Virus record (IMG/VR): IMGVR_UViG_3300022752_002570 | Location: 17,862 to 81,861 of that record | Source: a virus | Strand: one strand, 5' to 3' | DNA length: 64,000 nt | Shown: positions 50,901 to 60,007 of the stretch, in pieces | How the letters are laid out: every line of letters begins with the position of its first letter | How positions within the stretch are numbered: position 1 is the first letter of the stretch | Translations under genes and position numbers: made by a program | Notes under the pieces: model-generated | The model's database searches: none | Seen by the model: the letters and a program-made list of their open reading frames with translations, nothing else | Told to the model about the DNA's origin: nothing

Positions 50901-51712
50901 TTCTTCAGGTAATTGAAAATAGTGTAGTATCAGTTACTACAGGTAACACATCTGTACAGGTATTAAGACCATTAGTTCAAGGTGGCGGAGAGGCGGCTAC
51001 GTTTATTACAGAAAGATTTACAAATATTTTAGGTATTATACAGGCCGCTAATCTAACAGCCGCAGAAGCAGTAATTACTCCTGCACAAAGAACTAAGACA
51101 GGCCCTGCAGTTGCAGGTGCAGGTAGTGCTATTACTTTAATAGAGGCTAACATAGAGTTTTTAGCCGATGAAATTAGCGCATATGTTCAAGATGCATTTG
51201 CATTTGTACCTGAGGTAAATTACGACGATTATAAATGTCAGCGAGATGTCAAGCAGATCTTACAACGTCTAATATACGATATAGAAACGGGTGGTAGATA
51301 CAACTGTGTCTACGTAGGACTTAGTTATTGGAATAGAGCCAATACTTATTACATTGTTCAGCTAGGAGAAAATATAACTAGAACAGATCTATTCCCTGAT
51401 GGTTCTACTATTAACTTCTATCAGAGAAGTTATATGAGTGCTTCTGGATACGTTTTTGAATATGTAGGCGCAGGTATAGATTATGGTTCTTTACCACAAA
51501 GAGGAGTCGCTGACCCTGTTCAAGGAAAAGAAGTTGTTATGTTAGACAGTGGTAAGGTATTCTTTACATCAACTGACCAGAACGGAGATTTTAGAATTGG
51601 TCCGCAGTTAGTAATTAGTCAAGCAACAGGTGTTCTAAGCGGTAGAACATTTACTCGTTCATTGTTTGCAAACATGACTCCGTTCATTCTAGCGATCGAA
51701 GGCGGTCAATAA
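44948..51712 (+). CDS. Large virion structural protein (2254 aa): beta-helix-like domain interrupted by C-x-R-D helical repeats
   Basis: TAAATA 44925-30, SD GAGG; LYVTVDGNDTNDG, SPYIQNCT, GYAQLVSVFTIFC motifs; seven KC-x-RD-type repeats. Confidence 0.7.
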   Translation: MAKTYFSNTPPSYTGTPISATLSNGSTVLDLPGDYDINVSKGYTKITTDNLYHEVQNNFEGNIGGDYLLDVGDNYTANIVGDYTTEITGETLIEGVGNVKIWTPRIELGTVDGSQDIAVYSKVITDILPKVDDDVALGSEALSWSYLWTQELDVKDETNVGNPFGYAYDPNNRFGMEWGQTEQESIDSRKEASAYFAGGVGIEKDLNVGGFIYGRVLISVTTTNIVITATNNNLEYYPIFALNTGNQFLYVDNQGIINGFRYNPFLGRLRTDRIIVVETDVADASQGALRVEGGASIGDNLWVANVNAATSADGSIRTDGGLSVEKNLWVNDDAYVENAVEADEVVPHANDDGNIGTTSTFWHEAYINNIYTKLIQSTTGTIQIKPKDPVTEIIGDIRVRGTNPIGTAPVVTNTLYVTVDGNDTNDGRAMDASRACRTIGGAMRSPYYQPGTQILVSAGFYLEDNPLRMKPYTSVRGSDIRTTFIEPINKTQDLFHVESGCYINYVTFLNGRSGLLEGDYAPGFNRGAYATAFPPLSGDDRIDLFHSPYIQNCTNQSGPWLRDGTMFVPNQTVQIPKAVGTGTWAANTTTIILTVSTGTLAPGMSINAGQQNSGFFDARTLMLANKPFMQEQVVAYVNQTFNTGTFTYNATKCKRDIGLIVDSIAIDMLYDSESDSRFAGLQYYAQGSVSFPGELTTTTQSLTYLGTLAASTASSASGDPNLGLIVTALFSTITNILTTSSALIGLSEQIEAHPNGLPSTTSTYQDAYDALLANKSSFASAVTTWINTNHPAHSYSTATCERDVGYIIDSVAFDLLHGGTKQSIKSGIYYYNYVSTATTTNDIPQTFAAYNYIKRLIPYIVTGEAVSTSTLYQNTVTQVTAVSIAGNYEAGQLKDKVDVITGIIRNGPNNVVRIPMDLRQVPSEEAENAYNAMQANKAFLQAEVTAFIDATAGTFEYSREKCYRDVGILVENIAYDITFGGNEKSVESGLGYYDGVISLIQGQETQTISAIDYLNDLCQQVITNTTVTDLLSGTGTAVQVINTALIGGAVASDSLQNAWNIVTDIIANGPSVAPAIYNSPGPDAAFVSAEILMQANRAFLQEDTINYVNNLVQTFPYSERKCRRDTKLIVDSIAQDLLYPTTNMSQSTFAGLQYWNQDNYTGDIEAQLQPTIEAMEYLKTLSSKVILNTTPADDFRIPYQFTLTQVTTITQATSYEVGIIENNFDIILEILGGTKFGWTDRIVPNSTASNILSTLNAYKILQQNKPYLAAEVIGFVNAVHPDFTYDESKCYRDVGLITDAICFDLKHSGNKQSIQAGLYYYGFSTSTSTIHGQETQTIAAYTRLSNIVDEILLNQTVAITTGNTVLQVISTSTATVAEVLEVQRAITTITNIIQNGPSVAGPPSNISLTATTTASVINAYNLLKANRDFIAEEIIAYVDFYFNVGSFNYNEEKCYRDVGLIIDAVSQDILLGGNQKSLEAGLSYWSAGYNSVAGQETTTTMALNYVRDQVLDIIKNTPVTAQTQTNLTQTINTFFQYGEEYGPQEAVQRNFNIITNIIENGPSVAPPVYAGGGLFSLTGLNGSDVKIAPTVVSVTTITTGSTYLIGLSTATVGFGVNSTLYIGDTEIFPYRDSEVDSLSFEYTGATSTWAIRKIDPVGSMGGSLVDGAVISDRSPIQSFVYDAFTQVNQGGRGVHIVNDGYAQLVSVFTIFCSTGVEVERGGIASIVNSNANFGNICLQAKGYGKRKFSGHIYNPTFKAYPESPDPSLAVTFPTSEYLDQYYPTGYWPNESRVRVFIPDPEDRPHISLVMEVVPPEQVRDFTGALIPQVNQLGFPGFLNATINTSTLSTGSITITGVDTEGVAVGNAVYIRDQFGSSTGSNGLLYAATGTVVTRVDYQKITISKGLPSGGGDPTIDEFFDIYICGNAYYTVLGSEAGDNPKYNRIGAEIPLGINILSTASTGILTSGTTQLAAHISAIGRLQTTVLQVIENSVVSVTTGNTSVQVLRPLVQGGGEAATFITERFTNILGIIQAANLTAAEAVITPAQRTKTGPAVAGAGSAITLIEANIEFLADEISAYVQDAFAFVPEVNYDDYKCQRDVKQILQRLIYDIETGGRYNCVYVGLSYWNRANTYYIVQLGENITRTDLFPDGSTINFYQRSYMSASGYVFEYVGAGIDYGSLPQRGVADPVQGKEVVMLDSGKVFFTSTDQNGDFRIGPQLVISQATGVLSGRTFTRSLFANMTPFILAIEGGQ

Positions 51713-51723
51713 GAGGAAAAATT

Positions 51724-52119
51724 ATGGCTTTAATTCCATTAAATTCGTTTAAAACTAAAACTAAAATTCTTACAGAATTTACGGCAACAACTGCTACAGT
51801 AAATGCCTATGTAGCGCCTATTGGTGTAACAAGTATTATCTTAATGGCACAGGTGTCAAACATAAGTACAACGAGCCAAACAGTTAGTTTTGTACATTCA
51901 AGAAATAAACCAATTTTAGCAGATGCTCAAGGACAAGGCGCACAAGCAGTAGGTTTACAGACATACCTAGTAAATGAATTTGAGGTCCCACCAAATGATG
52001 CTGCGACCGTTTTAGGAGGCAAATTGATTTTAGAACAATTAGATAGTGTAAAGGCATGGGCAAGCACAACTGGTACGTTACAACTTACACTAAGTATTCT
52101 AGAGACAGCTAACAATTAA
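51724..52119 (+). CDS. Small beta-rich structural protein (131 aa)
   Basis: SD GAGG; operonic between fibre-like genes. Confidence 0.65.
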   Translation: MALIPLNSFKTKTKILTEFTATTATVNAYVAPIGVTSIILMAQVSNISTTSQTVSFVHSRNKPILADAQGQGAQAVGLQTYLVNEFEVPPNDAATVLGGKLILEQLDSVKAWASTTGTLQLTLSILETANN

Positions 52120-52130
52120 TAGAGAATAAT

Positions 52131-54137
52131 ATGGCAAGTTTACTAAGTGGAAAGACGCTAAGAAGAGGAGGAAGTGGACAATATATAGACCTAGCCGGTG
52201 CTATGCCCCAATTACCTGCAACAGATACTACGCTTACAGGTTTTACACTGGTTACAGATTCGTTACTGAGAACTTCATATTCTAGTGCCCTTGGTTTTAT
52301 CCAATTTACATCAGCATCGATGTATAGCAGTTTACCTTCCGGATCAATTAGGATTCTAAACACTGGGGGGAGTACAGTCGTTTCAATCAACACCACTACC
52401 GGTTTATTAATTGTAGACGGTGATATTGGTGTCGGTGGCACTATGAATATCTGGAAAGATATTAAAGTTAATGGAATAACAATTGGTAAGGGTTATGATT
52501 TAGGTGTCAATAACATTGTAGTTAGAGGAACAGCGAGTCCGCAATTAACTGCTTATGAAGATGGTCAGCAAAGTATAGCAATTGGTTATGATGTATTACA
52601 AGGACTACAAACCAGTTATAAAAATATAGCTATAGGAAGATATGCTCTAAGTTCAGGTACATCTATTTCTAATAATATTGCTATAGGAGACAGCGCACTT
52701 AAAAAAGTTGGTGTAATTCAAACAGAAGTTGTTGCGACCATTACTAATATTTTATTAGGAACAATCACAAACGTCACAAGCCCAGGTCATGGTATTCCTT
52801 CTGGCACAAGAATACTCGTTGGAGGAGTATCTGGTACCACAGAAGTTAATAACAATTATTATTATTTAGGTACAGATACTAGTTCTACTTTTATTTTATT
52901 CAGCGATCTAAGCCTCACTACCTACGTTGATAGTTCCGCTTTCACACCTTACATAGCAGGAGGAACAGTTAGTGTTGATCTAACCAACGACAGCAATGTA
53001 GCATTAGGTACAGATGCAGGTACCTTGTTAAAAAATGGTACCCACAATGTAATAATAGGACACGAAGCAGGAAACATCCTAACTACCGGTTCCTATAATA
53101 TTATTATAGGCCCCCTAGCAAGCCAGTTTTTAACAACTGGTTCTGGCATAATAAGTATTGGTGGTGATAACATTGTTGACGGATTAAATGATCAAGTTAA
53201 TATCGGTAGTGTATTTTACTATGATGGTAATGGATATGCTACTGTTAATGCAGACACAACTCTAGGAATAGGAACAACTGCAACAATTTTATCAACAGGA
53301 ACGTTTTCAAGTTCTAGCACAGTAACAGCAGGTGTAGTAGTTTTAGGTGGTGTATTTGCCTATGAAAACGCTATTATTGGAAAAACTATTGATGTTTTAG
53401 GCACAGGTACAAGTTCGTTCGGATCTAGTATAGTGCCGTCGAATTCAGGATTGAGTTTAGGCAGTGCATCAAATCCTTGGGCAGCATTATATGTGAGCGG
53501 TAGCACTATATACCTTGGGTCTGCCACACTAAGTTCTCCCAGTGCTCTAACATTTAATGTAACATCGACTTCGGGTTATATAACTCAAACAGTGGGTAAT
53601 CTTACTTTAGATTCCGGTGCTGCAAGTCTAGGATCAACATCAGGTAGTCTTGTTGTTGTAGGTGGCGCAGGCATTCAAGGATCAGTTAACATTGATGGAC
53701 AACTGAAGGTTAAGGGTATAGGAAGTGTAGATTTAAGCCCGGTAGGTGCAAATGTTGTAATTAAACCAACAGCAAGTGGATTAGTAGATATACGTCCAAA
53801 CACTTTAGGCAGTATGGATAATGTAACAATAGGAGCACTTGATTCTGCTAATGGATACTTTGAAAATGTTCAAGTCCTTAGTACTACTAGTGCAACATCT
53901 ACAGTTTCAGGAGCCCTTCAGGTAGTAGGTGGTGTAGGTATTCGAGGAGATATTTACAGCCGTACAGGTAACCCAGATGAAAACTATCTGTTGTATTCGC
54001 CTAGAGTTACAGTTTCTACCAGCAGCCCATCAGGAGCAAGAATTGGTGATTTTTGGATAGAACCGACCATACCTGCATTTTTACAGTATATTTTAGATGG
54101 TACTTCAACAATTTGGGTACAAATAGGAACAGTTTAA
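52131..54137 (+). CDS. Tail fibre-like protein
   Basis: NIAIG/NVALG autotransporter-head-like repeats and GALQVVGGVGI repeats. Confidence 0.65.
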   Translation: MASLLSGKTLRRGGSGQYIDLAGAMPQLPATDTTLTGFTLVTDSLLRTSYSSALGFIQFTSASMYSSLPSGSIRILNTGGSTVVSINTTTGLLIVDGDIGVGGTMNIWKDIKVNGITIGKGYDLGVNNIVVRGTASPQLTAYEDGQQSIAIGYDVLQGLQTSYKNIAIGRYALSSGTSISNNIAIGDSALKKVGVIQTEVVATITNILLGTITNVTSPGHGIPSGTRILVGGVSGTTEVNNNYYYLGTDTSSTFILFSDLSLTTYVDSSAFTPYIAGGTVSVDLTNDSNVALGTDAGTLLKNGTHNVIIGHEAGNILTTGSYNIIIGPLASQFLTTGSGIISIGGDNIVDGLNDQVNIGSVFYYDGNGYATVNADTTLGIGTTATILSTGTFSSSSTVTAGVVVLGGVFAYENAIIGKTIDVLGTGTSSFGSSIVPSNSGLSLGSASNPWAALYVSGSTIYLGSATLSSPSALTFNVTSTSGYITQTVGNLTLDSGAASLGSTSGSLVVVGGAGIQGSVNIDGQLKVKGIGSVDLSPVGANVVIKPTASGLVDIRPNTLGSMDNVTIGALDSANGYFENVQVLSTTSATSTVSGALQVVGGVGIRGDIYSRTGNPDENYLLYSPRVTVSTSSPSGARIGDFWIEPTIPAFLQYILDGTSTIWVQIGTV

Positions 54138-54149
54138 AAGAGGAATATT

Positions 54150-55184
54150 ATGCCATTAGGATTTCCAAGTAACCCGTCTCCAGGAGATACTTATGTTATA
54201 GGCTCTACCACATATCAGTGGAATGGATCTGCATGGATTATCCAGTCGAGTCAAACATCTGTTTTAGCATCACAGGGTACTTTTACAGGTATTGTAACAA
54301 TAACAACTACAACTAACTCAACTAGTACAGATACCGGTGCTTTGATAGTCTACGGTGGTGTAGGTATAGGAAGAGATGTTAACATTGGAGGTACTTTAAC
54401 TGTCTATGGAAGCATTATTGGCATTGGTGTAGGTACTGCTATTTCAATTTCAACTGGTACATTTGATACAATTTTTGTAAGTTCGACAACAAATGCTATC
54501 AACACTCAATCAGGTGCGGTACAAGTCGTGGGAGGTGTTGGTATAGGCGGCGACGTATATGTTGGCGGAGTATTATATGCTGCGGGCGGAACAGTTTTAA
54601 CTACTGCCAGTTTCACCGCACAGTTAAATCAAGGTGATGATATTAGATTAGACGTTGTTACAGCCACAAATGTGGTCATTATCAATAATACAAGTACACT
54701 ACAGTCTGTGACCACTCGAGGATCAACAACAACTCAAAAGATCACAGTCCTAAATACCACTCAATCTACGTCAACTGATACTGGTGCCTTGGTGGTTTCT
54801 GGAGGAGTTGGTATAGGCGGAAGAATAAATGCTGAGTCAATTCGTATAGCAGATGCCGTTTTAGATTCTACTCAAACTTTGGTAAATACCACTAGTTCAA
54901 CAATTATAGATTCGTTTGATATTGGAGACTTTAGAAGTGCCAAATATCTAATACAGATCGATGAGGGAACTGGAGCAGGAGCGGATTTTGAACTTATAGA
55001 AATACTATTAGTTGGTGATAATAGCGGTAATGTATGGGCTACAGAATACGGTGTTGTTACTTCAAATGGTTATCTAGGGGACTTTAACGCTGAATATACA
55101 GGAACTACAGTGAGTTTATATTTTACAGCCTATGCAGCAACAAATAAAACCATAAAAGTTTTAAGAACTGGTATGGCGGCTTAA
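54150..55184 (+). CDS. Fibre-like protein with GAL-x-V-x-GGVGIG repeats
   Basis: N-terminal FPSNPSPGDTY...YQWNGSAW; C-terminal FRSAKYLIQ...TEYG domain shared with the next gene. Confidence 0.65.
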   Translation: MPLGFPSNPSPGDTYVIGSTTYQWNGSAWIIQSSQTSVLASQGTFTGIVTITTTTNSTSTDTGALIVYGGVGIGRDVNIGGTLTVYGSIIGIGVGTAISISTGTFDTIFVSSTTNAINTQSGAVQVVGGVGIGGDVYVGGVLYAAGGTVLTTASFTAQLNQGDDIRLDVVTATNVVIINNTSTLQSVTTRGSTTTQKITVLNTTQSTSTDTGALVVSGGVGIGGRINAESIRIADAVLDSTQTLVNTTSSTIIDSFDIGDFRSAKYLIQIDEGTGAGADFELIEILLVGDNSGNVWATEYGVVTSNGYLGDFNAEYTGTTVSLYFTAYAATNKTIKVLRTGMAA

Positions 55185-55195
55185 GGAACTAAGAG

Positions 55196-58100
55196 ATGTC
55201 ATTGACTTCAATTTCAAGAGATTTTTTTGTAAAGCAGGGTATAATAACCCTAGGACCTAGTGCAGTTACATCTAGTACAGGTAATACAGGTACCTTGCAG
55301 GTTGAAGGCGGTGCAGCAGTCAAATTAAATTTAATTGTAGGCTCAACAGCAAGTATATATGGTCCAACAAATTTATATAACGGCGTAACAATTTTAGGTG
55401 GTGCAGTTTTACCTGCTACCACTGCGACTTTTCTTAACGTAACAAATAATGCTAATATTGCTAACTTATTGGTTACAAATGTTTCTACCCTAACCAATCT
55501 AAATGTAAATGGTAATACATTTTTACAAGGTCTAACAGCGACTAGTGGTGCATTTACTACACTATCAGTCACCAATTTAGCAATTACGAATGTAAATGCT
55601 ACAAATTCTACAGCCAGTTTCTTTACAGTAGCCACTGGAACAGTCACTAGCCTATTAGATATCACATCTACTCTAAATGCTTCAAATACACAGACTGGTG
55701 CGCTTAGAGTAGCAGGTGGTGTGGGCATAGGGCAAGATGTTTATATAGGTGGTACACTTAGAGTCATTACCACTATAACAGGTGTTGCCTCAACCGCAAC
55801 ACATCTTGGTGACGGTCAAGACGGTTGGATTCCATATCAAACCTTTCCAGGTAGAACAGCATTTATTACCAATCACGCCAATGGTTATATTTTAACTTCA
55901 AATGGTACAACAGCAACTTTCCAACCTCCCAGTGGATTAAGTGCTGGTACTGCAAACACCGCATCAAATATTTCTGGCGGTCAACAGTTTTATATTCCCT
56001 ATCAAACCGGTGTAGGTTTAACCAGTTTCGAAGGTGAACTATCATATAACTATTTTAACAATACGTTTAGTACAACTAATATCACAGTTGTAGGCCAGGC
56101 TCAATCATATACCACAAATACAGGTGCTCTACAGGTTATTGGTGGTGTAGGCATCGGTAGTAATTTATATGTAGGCGGTAGTACCACAGTAACTAATTTC
56201 TTAGATGTACAATCAAATACAGAAAGTTCATCCACAAACACCGGTGCTCTAAGAGTTTGGGGTGGAGTTGGTATAGGTGGTAATTTAGTTGTCGGTGGTA
56301 TTAACACGGTCACAAATACCACAAATGCAACTACTACACAAACTGGCGCTCTACAGGTTCGTGGCGGTCTAGGCATTGGACAAAATGTCATAGTAGGTGG
56401 CACCCTTAAAACCACAGCAGCAGTTAATGCCAACAGCACAATTACAGGCGACCTTCAAATAGCAGGTGGTGCAGGTGTAGGTCAGAACTTATATGTAGGT
56501 GGCAATCTTAACCTTACTGGTTCAGAATCTATCACAAATACTACAAACGCAACCAATACAAATTCCGGTGCGCTAATTGTTGCAGGTGGCGCAGGTATTG
56601 GACAGAATTTATATGTAGGTGGCAATCTTAATCTTACTGGTCTTGGTGCAGTTACAAATACTACCAATGCCACATCAACAGGATCAGGTTCCCTACAAGT
56701 TGCAGGTGGTATCGGTGTAGGACAAAACATTGTTCTCGGTGGACAACTTAGAACTACTGGCGCTGTAAATGCTACCAGCACTATCACAGGCGATTTAAGA
56801 ATCGCTGGTGGTGCAGGAATAGGACAGGATCTGTATGTAGGTGGTAACCAATCAACAACAGGTAGAATCTACGCTAACAGCACGGAGCAAACCGCGAGTA
56901 CAACAACTGGGGCTCTTATTGTTGCAGGTGGAGCCTATGTTACTAAAGATCTTAATGTAGGACAGGCGGTTGACATTTTATCAACCGCCAGCAGTACAGG
57001 TACAGCAGCAGCAAATGCTCTTTATGTTGCAGGTGGTGTAGGTATAGACGGATCATTACTAGTTAATGGTAATACAGTATTCACTGCTGACGTATTGTTC
57101 CTAGGTACTTCTACAACAATCTTAAGTACAAACACATATATTACAGACAATATTGTTAGTATCCACTTTCCTAAAGTAGGTGGTACAAGTACACATGTTT
57201 GGGGAACAAACGATGGTTTAAATATTGGCCAAGTATATCATTACTATGATACACAAGATAGAGATGCGTTCTTAGGTAGAATAAACAGTTCTGGTTATTT
57301 AGAGTTCTATCAAGATGGTCTAATGTACGGTGATAACACCGTATACACAGGCACAACCTATGGTGTATTCAAGACTGGCGGTATTATACTGGCCTATACT
57401 TCAGCAACAGGAAACACGCTAACAGGTGCTCTTGTTGTTGCAGGTGGTGTAGGTATTGGACAGAACCTAGCAGTTGGTGGAGTGTTTACACTAACTGGTT
57501 ATGCGTCTTTGAATGATACATCTGCAGGTAACAGCACACAAACAGGTGCTCTAAGAGTTGCAGGAAGTGTAGGTATTGGACAGAATTTATTTGTGGGTGG
57601 AGTAGCAAGTATTTCTGGTGCAACTACTGTTACAAATACCACAAATGCAAGTACAACAAACACAGCAGCCTTAACCGTAGCAGGTGGTGTGGGCGTAGGT
57701 CAAGATCTAAGAGTTGGCGGCGACACAACACTAACAGGTGATCTAGCAATCAATGGTGGAGATCTTACATCCGGTGCTGCAACATTTAATCTACTAAACA
57801 GTGGTGTTACGACACTAAACTTAGCAGGTGCAGGCACAGCGATTACTATAGGTAATACCACAGGTCATACCGCAGTTCGTAATAAATTTACAGTTACAAA
57901 TACTACAAACGCCACAAGCACTCAAAGTGCTGCCTTAGTAGTTAATGGCGGACTTGCTGTAGGACAGGATTTACATATCGGCGGTGACATCTATGTTAAT
58001 TCTGTAGGCGGTAATCTTATTGGTGTTGCTACAACAGCAACAAATATAGAAGGCGGGGCAACTGGCAGTATTCCATATCAAACCAATCCTGGTGCAACAG

Positions 58101-59974
58101 CATTTATTCCTATTGGTTTGAATGGTCGTATACTTGTTTCAAATGGAACTACAGCGACCTGGGAATTACCCAGTGGCCTAAGTGCAGGAAGCGCAACCAC
58201 TGCTACAAATATAGCAGGAGGTGTTCAGTTCCAGATTCCTTATCAAACTGGACCTGGAGCAACTGCGTTTGAATCAGGCTTTGAATATTGGTATACAACT
58301 GATACACTTAGTGCAACAAATGTTTTATTAACAGGCGTTACTAACGCCACAAATACATCAAGTGGTGCTCTGCAGGTACGTGGAGGCGCAGGCATAGGTG
58401 GCGATCTATATGCTAGTCGCATACGTACAGTTTCAACCACAAATGCAACATCAACCACTACAGGAGAAATTGTAGTACAAGGTGGTGTTGGCATAGGTCA
58501 AAACCTATATGTTGGTGGTGGGCTTCAAGTAACAGGTAGATTTACATCTACAGGTATAGCAAATGTAACTAACACCACAGATGCGACCTCTACTTCATCA
58601 GGTGCTTTGATTGTTGCTGGCGGTGCGGGAATTGGTCAAAACCTATATGTTGGTGGTGGTATTCAGGTAACTGGATTAACCACTTTAACAAACACTGCAA
58701 ATGCTACCTCAACTGTAACAGGTGCTTTCCAAGTACTAGGTGGTGCGGGTATAGGCGGTGATTTATTTGTAAGCAGAATTAGAACCGTTAGTACCACAAA
58801 CGCTACAAGCACTTCTACTGGTGAAATAGTAGTTCAAGGCGGCGTTGGTATTGGACAGAATTTATTTGTAGGTGGAGATATTGATGTAAACGGTGGAGAT
58901 ATTACATCTACTCAAACTACATTTAACTTCTTAAATGCTAATGTTACAACAGCGAACCTATTAGGCGCAGCAACATCAATTACAATCGGTGCTAGTGGAT
59001 CAGGCGCTACAACAATGCGCCATGCATTTACTATAACAGATGTCACCCAAAGCGCATCTACTAATACTGGTGCTCTACAAGTGCGCGGCGGAGTGGGTAT
59101 ACATGGTAATCTAGTTGTTGCTGGTATTAACACTATAACAAATACCACCCAGGCTACAAATACCCAAAGTGGTGCTTTACAGGTCTACGGTGGAGTCGGA
59201 ATCGGATCGAACCTATTCGTAGGCGGGAATTTTAATTTAACTGGTGTTGGCACAATTGTTAATACAACCAATGCTGGTAATACTCTAAGCGGTGCATTAG
59301 TAGTCTATGGTGGAGCAGCAGTAGGCGGAAATGCTGTTATTGGACAAAGTGCTACCGTTACAAATAACTTATTTGTATTAGGAAATACTAATGCAGGTAC
59401 AACTCAAAGTGGTGCCTTCCAGGTAGTTGGCGGAGCAGGCATTGGACAAAACTTAGTAGTAGGTGGGGCTTCAACTCTAACAGGTATAGTTAGAATACTA
59501 GATGCTACAAATGCTGTAGCAACTAATGACGGAGCACTACGTATTACTGGTGGTATGGGTGTTATTAAAGACATTTATGCAGGTGGACTTATTACAGCAG
59601 GTGCAACACAGGCGGCTACCTCGGGCACAGTAGTTCCAGGATTCTTCTTTAATAACACACTGTTATCAAGTTTCACAAGTTTAGGTATTTCGTCAACAGC
59701 AACACAAAGTTTAGATAGTTTTAGTACCAGCACATACAGAAGTGCTAGATATTATGTTCAAATAGTACAGAGTAATAATATTCAAATTTCTGAGTTATCA
59801 ATTTTCCACGATGATACAACTGCATATATTAGTGAATATGGTATTTCTTATAATAATGGCCAATTAGGAACATTTGACGTTCAACTGGTTTCTCCTAACG
59901 TTACATTGCTATGGAATGCAAATAATTCTTCTGCTCATATAATTAAGGTATCAAGAATGGCAATAACTCGGTAA
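55196..59974 (+). CDS. Long fibre protein with many ~40-aa TNATST-x-x-GAL-x-V-x-GG-x-GIGQNLYVGG repeats
   Basis: 1592-aa ORF with more than 20 degenerate repeats, IPYQT modules and a C-terminal YRSARYYVQ...SEYG domain. Confidence 0.7.
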   Translation: MSLTSISRDFFVKQGIITLGPSAVTSSTGNTGTLQVEGGAAVKLNLIVGSTASIYGPTNLYNGVTILGGAVLPATTATFLNVTNNANIANLLVTNVSTLTNLNVNGNTFLQGLTATSGAFTTLSVTNLAITNVNATNSTASFFTVATGTVTSLLDITSTLNASNTQTGALRVAGGVGIGQDVYIGGTLRVITTITGVASTATHLGDGQDGWIPYQTFPGRTAFITNHANGYILTSNGTTATFQPPSGLSAGTANTASNISGGQQFYIPYQTGVGLTSFEGELSYNYFNNTFSTTNITVVGQAQSYTTNTGALQVIGGVGIGSNLYVGGSTTVTNFLDVQSNTESSSTNTGALRVWGGVGIGGNLVVGGINTVTNTTNATTTQTGALQVRGGLGIGQNVIVGGTLKTTAAVNANSTITGDLQIAGGAGVGQNLYVGGNLNLTGSESITNTTNATNTNSGALIVAGGAGIGQNLYVGGNLNLTGLGAVTNTTNATSTGSGSLQVAGGIGVGQNIVLGGQLRTTGAVNATSTITGDLRIAGGAGIGQDLYVGGNQSTTGRIYANSTEQTASTTTGALIVAGGAYVTKDLNVGQAVDILSTASSTGTAAANALYVAGGVGIDGSLLVNGNTVFTADVLFLGTSTTILSTNTYITDNIVSIHFPKVGGTSTHVWGTNDGLNIGQVYHYYDTQDRDAFLGRINSSGYLEFYQDGLMYGDNTVYTGTTYGVFKTGGIILAYTSATGNTLTGALVVAGGVGIGQNLAVGGVFTLTGYASLNDTSAGNSTQTGALRVAGSVGIGQNLFVGGVASISGATTVTNTTNASTTNTAALTVAGGVGVGQDLRVGGDTTLTGDLAINGGDLTSGAATFNLLNSGVTTLNLAGAGTAITIGNTTGHTAVRNKFTVTNTTNATSTQSAALVVNGGLAVGQDLHIGGDIYVNSVGGNLIGVATTATNIEGGATGSIPYQTNPGATAFIPIGLNGRILVSNGTTATWELPSGLSAGSATTATNIAGGVQFQIPYQTGPGATAFESGFEYWYTTDTLSATNVLLTGVTNATNTSSGALQVRGGAGIGGDLYASRIRTVSTTNATSTTTGEIVVQGGVGIGQNLYVGGGLQVTGRFTSTGIANVTNTTDATSTSSGALIVAGGAGIGQNLYVGGGIQVTGLTTLTNTANATSTVTGAFQVLGGAGIGGDLFVSRIRTVSTTNATSTSTGEIVVQGGVGIGQNLFVGGDIDVNGGDITSTQTTFNFLNANVTTANLLGAATSITIGASGSGATTMRHAFTITDVTQSASTNTGALQVRGGVGIHGNLVVAGINTITNTTQATNTQSGALQVYGGVGIGSNLFVGGNFNLTGVGTIVNTTNAGNTLSGALVVYGGAAVGGNAVIGQSATVTNNLFVLGNTNAGTTQSGAFQVVGGAGIGQNLVVGGASTLTGIVRILDATNAVATNDGALRITGGMGVIKDIYAGGLITAGATQAATSGTVVPGFFFNNTLLSSFTSLGISSTATQSLDSFSTSTYRSARYYVQIVQSNNIQISELSIFHDDTTAYISEYGISYNNGQLGTFDVQLVSPNVTLLWNANNSSAHIIKVSRMAITR

Positions 59975-60007
59975 ACTAAATAACTCTATAGGTGGATAGG
60001 GAAACCC

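Noticed and set aside
1344-59974. Stop-codon reassignment as in some large phages
   Set aside because: The standard code gives intact multi-kilobase ORFs at high coding density, and TAG (32337-39) and TGA (27049-51) end genes at sensible positions.
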